Source: Utricularia gibba (taxonomy: Eukaryota > Plantae > Magnoliophyta). From it: DNA of 23,517 bases. A model generated the notes under the pieces. It was not told the DNA's origin, did not search any database, and saw nothing but the letters and a program-made list of their open reading frames with translations. Positions 1-8,003 of this stretch are shown here, one piece after another (position 1 is the first letter of the stretch; each line of letters opens with the position of its first letter). The stretch spans positions 1-23,517 of the forward strand of contig NEEC01000458.1 of assembly GCA_002189035.1 (NCBI GenBank), read 5' to 3'. A program made the position numbers and the translations under genes.

Positions 1-224
1 AAGTGTTAGAGAATTTTACTGAATCTGCTGAGCAAGGGGTTGTGAGTTCATAACAGCTGTTGAAACCTCTCCAGGGTGGTGTGCGTGGCGTGATGAGCTT
101 TCTACAATGACAAAAAAAATATTTTTATAATCATGTGATATATGTTTATTAAAATATAAATAATGTAAATACGTTAGTTATTAAAGCATATACTACATGT
201 GAAAGTTTCTTAGTTTTTAATTTT

Positions 225-490
225 ATTAGCATTCGACCCTTAGTTATACTTTGGATGGAGTGTGCATTTTTATTTTAATCATTTTAATTAGCATTCGATC
301 CTTGGTTAAGATTCCAATCGAGTGTATATTTTTTATTTGAACGATTCTATTTGCATTCGATTCTAAGATATGATGCGGATCGAGCGTATATTTTTTATTT
401 TAATATTTTTATTGGCTTTCGGTCTTTAGACATGATTCGGATCGAGTGGAGATGGTTTACTTGAAACTTGTGTTAACGCTCGATCCTTAG
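225..490 (+). repeat. 62-bp modules of the foldback left arm (4 units + partial)
   Basis: ATTAGCATTCGA-like starts at 225, 287, 349 and 411, with a partial unit near 473. Each unit carries an internal inverted pair (CATTCGATCC...GGATCGAGTG type) followed by a T-rich linker. Confidence 0.92.
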
Positions 491-522
491 GAGCAATGTG
501 GAGCGTGTTTACATTGCAAGGG

Positions 523-560
523 CACACGGGCGTGGGTTGTGCGTAAACCACGCCCGTGTG
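523..560. other. GC-rich hairpin at the foldback symmetry axis
   Basis: CACACGGGCGTGG (523-535) and CCACGCCCGTGTG (548-560) form a perfect 13-bp stem around GTTGTGCGTAAA. Confidence 0.95.
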
Positions 561-616
561 GCATGGCATTGTAATGTATACACGTTCTAAATTGCTCCTA
601 ACGGTGGAACGCTAAT

Positions 617-930
617 TAAGATTTAAAATAAATGAATATGCACTCGATCCAAAGTATACCTAAGGATCTAAGGCTAATAAAAATATGAGAGTGAAAAATA
701 TACGCTCGATCCGCAGCATACCTAACGTTCGAATGCTAATAAAAAATATTAAAATAAAAAATACGCGCTCGATCCGCATTATACTTAAGGATCGAATGAT
801 AATAAAAATATTTAAAGTAAAAAAATAGCAAATATGATCTGAATCATAACCAAGGATCGAATGCTAATTAAATTGACTAAAGTAAAAATACACACTCCAT
901 CCAAAGTACAACTGAGGATCAAATGGTAAA
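617..930 (-). repeat. 62-65-bp modules of the foldback right arm (5 units, inverted relative to the left arm)
   Basis: Units end in GCTAAT-like sequence at 678, 740, 803, 868 and 930. Each is the reverse complement of the left-arm module. Confidence 0.92.
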
Positions 931-1026
931 TTAAGTCAAAGAAGCTTTCACAGTTATCCTACGGTTTAATAAATAATGTATTTCAATTATTTATAATTTA
1001 ATAAACCTATATCATATGATTATGAT

Positions 1027-1180
1027 TAGAGATGGGCCTGGGTTGGATCCATTCAGGTTCGGACCCAACCCGATGAAATTCTGGGTATTACAGTTTGCAT
1101 GACCCATGGGGTTGTCTTTCTGTTCAACCCGAACGGGTTAAACCCTACGGGTTTTGATTGGGCCCGAACCGAACCAAGGG
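1027..1180 (+). mobile_element. Solo hAT-like transposon terminus with subterminal motifs; no partner TIR and no transposase seen
   Basis: Starts TAGAGATGGG, resembling the Ac-type TIR (C/T)AGGGATGAAA. It is followed by clustered motifs in both orientations: GGTTCGG 1056, AACCCGA 1067, AACCCGAAC 1126, CGGGTT 1134 and 1148, CCCGAACCGAACC 1163. I found no CCATCTCTA in the unit. Other copies start at 3356, 5685, 8007, 10341, 12673, 15004, 17338, 19663 and 21992. Confidence 0.5.
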
Positions 1181-1240
1181 TTTATCAATTTTATTTTTAT
1201 TTTTTGGCTTATTGTATTTTATGGTTGTTTTTCTTTTTTT
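1181..1240 (+). other. T-rich low-complexity linker
   Basis: TTTATCAATTTTATTTTTATTTTTTGGCTTATTGTATTTTATGGTTGTTTTTCTTTTTTT: strong T skew, separating the hAT-like end from the GC-rich block. Confidence 0.85.
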
Positions 1241-1251
1241 CCACGGCCGTA

Positions 1252-1332
1252 TGGCCTTGTGGCTGCTGCTCGAGCACGCGGGCATTAACCAAGCCCATGT
1301 GGCCTCGTGGTGCTGCTGCGTATGCACACGGG
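1252..1332 (+). repeat. Two-copy degenerate direct repeat, 48-bp period
   Basis: TGGCCTTGTGGCTGCTGCTCGAGCACGCGGG at 1252 and TGGCCTCGTGGTGCTGCTGCGTATGCACACGGG at 1300. Confidence 0.75.
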
Positions 1333-1352
1333 CTGGGGGTCGCGCCGGGCAT

Positions 1353-2184
1353 GAGCCCAAAGTCAGTTTTAGCCCGGCGAAAAAAGGGATGCATTTCTTA
1401 GCGTTGGGTTATCACGAGCCGCCTAATTTTTTTTCGTGGAACACCATCTAGTTTGGGGGGGCGCTCTCGAGGGGCCCTTGGCTTGGGCCCCGGGTTCGGT
1501 CTGGCTGATGAGCCCACTCTGGTCCCACTCGGCGAAAATCGTGACACATTTGTTGAAATTAGGATGTCACGTGCACCCAAACACGGTTTTTTCAACAACA
1601 CGCTTTATACTTGTGGAGACGCTCTCGGGGGCACTCGAATCTTCCCATACGTCGTACCAGGCTCGAGCGTAAAGTCATTGTAGCCCGGCAAAGAAAGTGA
1701 TGCATTTATTAACTTTGGGTTGTCACGAGCCGCCTAAATGGTTTTCCATGGAACACCTTCTAGTTTTGGGGGGGAGGGGAGCGGGCGCTGCGCCTCGTCC
1801 GGGCCCCGGGAGCCCGGTCCCGTCCGACTCGACGAAAATCGTGATGCATTTGTTGAAGTTAGGATGTCACGAGAACCGCACACGGTTTTTTTCAACAACA
1901 CACTTTATACTTAAGGAGGAGCTCTCGGTGGGGCACCCTGATCGAGCCGGAGGTCGTGCCGAACTCAGGCCCAAAGTCAGCAGTAGCGCGCCAAAAAAGT
2001 GATGCATTTATTAACGTTGGGTTGTGACGAGACGCGTATATGGTTTTTGAAGGAACACCTCCTCGTATTGAGGCGGGCGCTCTCGAGGGGCCCTTGGCCC
2101 GGGCCCCGGGTTCGGACGGGCTCATGGGCCCACTCGACGAAAATCATGATGCATTTGTTGAAATTGGGATGTCACGTGCACCCA
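1353..2184 (+). repeat. GC-rich satellite-like block: six ~144-158-bp monomers as three A/B dimers (~300-311 bp), last monomer truncated; present once per unit
   Basis: The shared core GATGCATTT.TT.A..TT.GG.TGTCACG lies at 1388(A), 1543(B), 1699(A), 1843(B), 2001(A) and 2148(B). A cores are preceded by AAAGTCA...TAGC and followed by GGAACACC. B cores are preceded by CACTCG.CGAAAATC (GACTCG in B2) and, in B1 and B2, followed by CACGGTTTTTT(T)CAACAACAC. Confidence 0.93.
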
Positions 2185-2455
2185 CATTTGTTGAGCGAGG
2201 ACGGCCAATTTTAGAGACTCGATGGGCCATTCTTCGATCAGCGTCCTACTATCTAGTTCAAACTCAAAGTCACATTATTCTTGCACAATTTCGTATGAAT
2301 GAATATGGGATATGATCCGTTGGAAGCCCAAGTGTTAGAGAATTTTACTGAATCTGCTGAGCAAGGGGTTGTGAGTTCATAACAGCTGTTGAAACCTCTC
2401 CAGGGTGGTGTGCGTGGCGTGATGAGCTTTCTACAATGACAAAAAAAATATTTTT
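2185..2455. other. Non-repetitive segment between the satellite block and the next foldback; possibly a decayed gene fragment
   Basis: Occurs once per unit, has balanced composition and no internal repeats. Its distal part is also seen at 1-126. The minus-strand frame 2430-2185 has weak protein-kinase C-lobe resemblance but three stops (see findings). The identity is not established. Confidence 0.6.
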
Positions 2456-3352
2456 ATAATCATGTGATATATGTTTATTAAAATATAAATAATGTAAATA
2501 CGTTAGTTATTAAAGCATATACTACATGTGAAAGTTTCTTAGTTTTTAATTTTATTAGCATTCGACCCTTAGTTATACTTTGGATGGAGTGTGCATTTTT
2601 ATTTTAATCATTTTAATTAGCATTCGATCCTTGGTTAAGATTCCAATCGAGTGTATATTTTTTATTTGAACGATTCTATTTGCATTCGATTCTAAGATAT
2701 GATGCGGATCGAGCGTATATTTTTTATTTTAATATTTTTATTGGCTTTCGGTCTTTAGACATGATTCGGATCGAGTGGAGATGGTTTACTTGAAACTTGT
2801 GTTAACGCTCGATCCTTAGGAGCAATGTGGAGCGTGTTTACATTGCAAGGGCACACGGGCGTGGGTTGTGCGTAAACCACGCCCGTGTGGCATGGCATTG
2901 TAATGTATACGTTCTAAATTGCTCCTAACGGTGGAACGCTAATTAAGATTTAAAATAAATGAATATGCACTCGATCCAAAGTATACCTAAGGATCTAAGG
3001 CTAATAAAAATATGAGAGTGAAAAATATACGCTCGATCCGCAGCATACCTAACGTTCGAATGCTAATAAAAAATATTAAAATAAAAAATACGCGCTCGAT
3101 CCGCATTATACTTAAGGATCGAATGATAATAAAAATATTTAAAGTAAAAAAATAGCAAATATGATCTGAATCATAACCAAGGATCGAATGCTAATTAAAT
3201 TGACTAAAGTAAAAATACACACTCCATCCAAAGTACAACTGAGGATCAAATGGTAATAATTAAGTCAAAGAAGCTTTCACAGTTATCCTACGGTTTAATA
3301 AATAATGTATTTCAATTATTTATAATTTAATAAACCTATATCATATGATTAT
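2456..3352. mobile_element. Foldback-type element, copy 2
   Basis: Same sequence as 127-1023; ends ATAATCAT...ATGATTAT located directly. Confidence 0.75.
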
Positions 3353-4787
3353 GATTAGAGATGGGCCTGGGTTGGATCCATTCAGGTTCGGACCCAACCC
3401 GATGAAATTCTGGGTATTACAGTTTGCATGACCCATGGGGTTGTCTTTCTGTTCAACCCGAACGGGTTAAACCCTACGGGTTTTGATTGGGCCCGAACCG
3501 AACCAAGGGTTTATCAATTTTATTTTTATTTTTTGGCTTATTGTATTTTATGGTTGTTTTTCTTTTTTTCCACGGCCGTATGGCCTTGTGGCTGCTGCTC
3601 GAGCACGCGGGCATTAACCAAGCCCATGTGGCCTCGTGGTGCTGCTGCGTATGCACACGGGCTGGGGGTCGCGCCGGGCATGAGCCCAAAGTCAGTTTTA
3701 GCCCGGCGAAAAAAGGGATGCATTTCTTAGCGTTGGGTTATCACGAGCCGCCTAATTTTTTTTCGTGGAACACCATCTAGTTTTGTGGGGGGGCGCTCTC
3801 GAGGGGCCCTTGGCTTGGGCCCCGGGTTCGGTCTGGCTGATGAGCCCACTCTGGTCCCACTCGGCGAAAATCGTGACACATTTGTTGAAATTAGGATGTC
3901 ACGTGCACCCAACACGGTTTTTTTCAACAACACGCTTTATACTTGTGGAGACGCTCTCGGGGGCACTCGAATCTTCCCATACGTCGTACCAGGCTCGAGC
4001 GTAAAGTCATTGTAGCCCGGCAAAGAAAGTGATGCATTTATTAACTTTGGGTTGTCACGAGCCGCCTAAATGGTTTTCCATGGAACACCTTCTAGTTTTG
4101 GGGGGAGGGGAGCGGGCGCTGCGCCTCGTCCGGGCCCCGGGAGCCGGTCCCGTCCGACTCGACGAAAATCGTGATGCATTTGTTGAAGTTAGGATGTCAC
4201 GAGAACCGCACACGGTTTTTTTCAACAACACACTTTATACTTAAGGAGGAGCTCTCGGTGGGGCACCCTGATCGAGCCGGAGGTCGTGCCGAACTCAGGC
4301 CCAAAGTCAGCAGTAGCGCGCCAAAAAAAGTGATGCATTTATTAACGTTGGGTTGTGACGAGACGCGTATATGGTTTTTGAAGGAACACCTCCTCGTATT
4401 GAGGCGGGCGCTCTCGAGGGGCCCTTGGCCCGGGCCCCGGGTTCGGACGGGCTCATGGGCCCACTCGACGAAAATCATGATGCATTTGTTGAAATTGGGA
4501 TGTCACGTGCACCCCACATTTGTTGAGCGAGGACGGCCAATTTTAGAGACTCGATGGGCCATTCTTCGATCAGCGTCCTACTATCTAGTTCAAACTCAAA
4601 GTCACATTATTCTTGCACAATTTCGTATGAATGAATATGGGATATGATCCGTTGGAAGCCCAAGTGTTAGAGAATTTTACTGAATCTGCTGAGCAAGGGG
4701 TTGTGAGTTCATAACAGCTGTTGAAACCTCTCCAGGGTGGTGTGCGTGGCGTGATGAGCTTTCTACAATGACAAAAAAAATATTTTT

Positions 4788-5681
4788 ATAATCATGTGAT
4801 ATGTTTATTAAAATAAAATAATGTAAATACGTTAGTTATTAAAGCATATACTACATGTGAAAGTTTCTTAGTTTTTAATTTTATTAGCATTCGACCCTTA
4901 GTTATACTTTGGATGGAGTGTGCATTTTTATTTTAATCATTTTAATTAGCATTCGATCCTTGGTTAAGATTCCAATCGAGTGTATATTTTTTATTTGAAC
5001 GATTCTATTTGCATTCGATTCTAAGATATGATGCGGATCGAGCGTATATTTTTTATTTTAATATTTTTATTGGCTTTCGGTCTTTAGACATGATTCGGAT
5101 CGAGTGGAGATGGTTTACTTGAAACTTGTGTTAACGCTCGATCCTTAGGAGCAATGTGGAGCGTGTTTACATTGCAAGGGCACACGGGCGTGGGTTGTGC
5201 GTAAACCACGCCCGTGTGGCATGGCATTGTAATGTATACACGTTCTAAATTGCTCCTAACGGTGGAACGCTAATTAAGATTTAAAATAAATGAATGCACT
5301 CGATCCAAAGTATACCTAAGGATCTAAGGCTAATAAAAATATGAGAGTGAAAAATATACGCTCGATCCGCAGCATACCTAACGTTCGAATGCTAATAAAA
5401 AATATTAAAATAAAAAATACGCGCTCGATCCGCATTATACTTAAGGATCGAATGATAATAAAAATATTTAAAGTAAAAAAATAGCAAATATGATCTGAAT
5501 CATAACCAAGGATCGAATGCTAATTAAATTGACTAAAGTAAAAATACACACTCCATCCAAAGTACAACTGAGGATCAAATGGTAATAATTAAGTCAAAGA
5601 AGCTTTCACAGTTATCCTACGGTTTAATAAATAATGTATTTCAATTATTTATAATTTAATAAACCTATATCATATGATTAT
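4788..5681. mobile_element. Foldback-type element, copy 3
   Basis: Same sequence as 127-1023; ends located directly. Confidence 0.75.
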
Positions 5682-7106
5682 GATTAGAGATGGGCCTGGG
5701 TTGGATCCATTCAGGTTCGGACCCAACCCGATGAAATTCTGGGTATTACAGTTTGCATGACCCATGGGGTTGTCTTTCTGTTCAACCCGAACGGGTTAAA
5801 CCCTACGGGTTTTGATTGGGCCCGAACCGAACCAAGGGTTTATCAATTTTATTTTTATTTTGGCTTATTGTATTTTATGGTTGTTTTTCTTTTTTCCACG
5901 GCCGTATGGCCTTGTGGCTGCTGCTCGAGCACGCGGGCATTAACCAAGCCCATGTGGCCTCGTGGTGCTGCTGCGTATGCACACGGGCTGGGGGTCGCGC
6001 CGGGCATGAGCCCAAAGTCAGTTTTAGCCCGGCGAAAAAAGGGATGCATTTCTTAGCGTTGGGTTATCACGAGCCGCCTAATTTTTTTTCGTGGAACACC
6101 ATCTAGTTTTGTGGGGGGGCGCTCGAGGGCCCTTGGCTTGGGCCCCGCGGTCTGGCTGATGAGCCCACTCTGGTCCCACTCGGCGAAAATCGTGACACAT
6201 TTGTTGAAATTAGGATGTCACGTGCACCCAACACGGTTTTTTCAACAACACGCTTTATACTTGTGGAGACGCTCTCGGGGGGCACTCGAATCTTCCCATA
6301 CGTCGTACCAGGCTCGAGCGTAAAGTCATTGTAGCCCGGCAAAGAAAGTGATGCATTTATTAACTTTGGGTTGTCACGAGCCGCCTAAATGGTTTTCCAT
6401 GGAACACCTTCTAGTTTTGGGGGGGAGGGGAGCGGGCGCTGCGCCTCGTCCGGGCCCCGGGAGCCCGGTCCCGTCCGACTCGACGAAAATCGTGATGCAT
6501 TTGTTGAAGTTAGGATGTCACGAGAACCGCACACGGTTTTTTTCAACAACACACTTTATACTTAAGGAGGAGCTCTCGGTGGGGCACCCTGATCGAGCCG
6601 GAGGTCGTGCCGAACTCAGGCCCAAAGTCAGCAGTAGCGCGCCAAAAAAAGTGATGCATTTATTAACGTTGGGTTGTGACGAGACGCGTATATGGTTTTT
6701 GAAGGAACACCTCCTCGTATTGAGGCGGGCGCTCTCGAGGGGCCCTTGGCCCGGGCCCCGGGTTCGGACGGGCTCATGGGCCCACTCGACGAAAATCATG
6801 ATGCATTTGTTGAAATTGGGATGTCACGTGCACCCCACATTTGTTGAGCGAGGACGGCCAATTTTAGAGACTCGATGGGCCATTCTTCGATCAGCGTCCT
6901 ACTATCTAGTTCAAACTCAAAGTCACATTATTCTTGCACAATTTCGTATGAATGAATATGGGATATGATCCGTTGGAAGCCCAAGTGTTAGAGAATTTTA
7001 CTGAATCTGCTGAGCAAGGGGTTGTGAGTTCATAACAGCTGTTGAAACCTCCAGGGTGGTGTGCGTGGCGTGATGAGCTTTCTACAATGACAAAAAAAAT
7101 ATTTTT

Positions 7107-8003
7107 ATAATCATGTGATATATGTTTATTAAAATATAAATAATGTAAATACGTTAGTTATTAAAGCATATACTACATGTGAAAGTTTCTTAGTTTTTAA
7201 TTTTATTAGCATTCGACCCTTAGTTATACTTTGGATGGAGTGTGCATTTTTATTTTAATCATTTTAATTAGCATTCGATCCTTGGTTAAGATTCCAATCG
7301 AGTGTATATTTTTTATTTGAACGATTCTATTTGCATTCGATTCTAAGATATGATGCGGATCGAGCGTATATTTTTTATTTTAATATTTTTATTGGCTTTC
7401 GGTCTTTAGACATGATTCGGATCGAGTGGAGATGGTTTACTTGAAACTTGTGTTAACGCTCGATCCTTAGGAGCAATGTGGAGCGTGTTTACATTGCAAG
7501 GGCACACGGGCGTGGGTTGTGCGTAAACCACGCCCGTGTGGCATGGCATTGTAATGTATACACGTTCTAAATTGCTCCTAACGGTGGAACGCTAATTAAG
7601 ATTTAAAATAAATGAATATGCACTCGATCCAAAGTATACCTAAGATCTAAGGCTAATAAAAATATGAGAGTGAAAAATATACGCTCGATCCGCAGCATAC
7701 CTAACGTTCGAATGCTAATAAAAAATATTAAAATAAAAAATACGCGCTCGATCCGCATTATACTTAAGGATCGAATGATAATAAAATATTTAAAGTAAAA
7801 AAATAGCAAATATGATCTGAATCATAACCAAGGATCGAATGCTAATTAAATTGACTAAAGTAAAAATACACACTCCATCCAAAGTACAACTGAGGATCAA
7901 ATGGTAATAATTAAGTCAAAGAAGCTTTCACAGTTATCCTACGGTTTAATAAATAATGTATTTCAATTATTTATAATTTAATAAACCTATATCATATGAT
8001 TAT
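7107..8003. mobile_element. Foldback-type element, copy 4
   Basis: Same sequence as 127-1023; ends located directly. Confidence 0.75.

Larger units (their letters stand above)
127..1023. mobile_element. Non-autonomous foldback-type element (long imperfect inverted repeat, modular arms, no internal spacer), copy 1
   Basis: Left end ATAATCATGTGATATATGTTTATTAAAATATAAATAAT (from 127) is the near reverse complement of right end ATTATTTATAATTTAATAAACCTATATCATATGATTAT (to 1023). Internal arm pairs: 247-264 with 891-908 (18/18), 284-314 with 841-871 (30/31), 487-497 with 591-601 (11/11). The axis is near 541. The palindrome is directly visible; calling it a transposon is inference from its likeness to modular-arm Foldback elements (Drosophila FB, Arabidopsis FARE, Solanaceae SoFT). 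Confidence 0.75.

Noticed and set aside
225-930. CRISPR-like or integron attC-like array (palindromic repeats at regular spacing)
   Set aside because: The intervening sequences are diverged copies of each other rather than unique spacers or cassettes. The array is mirrored in an inverted arm, and there are no cas or integrase genes.
1083-1091. GGGTATTAC as a CRESS-virus or satellite nonanucleotide origin, which would fit a 2.3-kb rolling circle
   Set aside because: It does not match NANTATTAC, the flanking stem is only about 3 bp, and there is no Rep or capsid ORF.
1466-1477. CTCGAG-GGGCCC (XhoI-ApaI) cluster resembling a cloning-vector polylinker
   Set aside because: The G-run is shorter than in pBluescript, the neighbouring polylinker sites are absent, and the motif recurs as a diverged part of monomers A1 and A3.
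102-1683. Isolated 10-bp matches between different parts (CTACAATGAC 102-111 inverted to 1674-1683; GCACACGGGC at 522 and 1324)
   Set aside because: Several 10-mer matches are expected by chance in 2.3 kb, and these do not sit at junctions.
1448-2260. Helitron tandem array (CTAG followed by T at 1448, 1760 and 2253)
   Set aside because: None of these has the short GC-rich hairpin just upstream, none forms a clean CTRR-TC head-to-tail junction, and two are simply part of the A monomer.
2206-2260. PILETRWAILRSASYYL as a hAT transposase TRWNS motif
   Set aside because: Only TRW matches, the frame stops after about 40 codons, and no other transposase motif is present.
1-2329. Tandem RNA-gene unit (5S or 45S rDNA, snRNA, spliced leader, tRNA), suggested by the unit size and uniformity
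   Set aside because: I found no 5S, 18S/5.8S/28S, U1, U2 or U6 signature and no tRNA cloverleaf on either strand, and no plant Pol I TATATAGGG start motif. A divergent ncRNA cannot be excluded without an Rfam/Infernal scan.
6100-6160. Copy 3 (2321 bp) as a distinct deletion variant of the unit
   Set aside because: The missing bases are scattered 1-4-bp losses in runs, dinucleotides and a GC-rich stretch, matching read error rather than one biological deletion.
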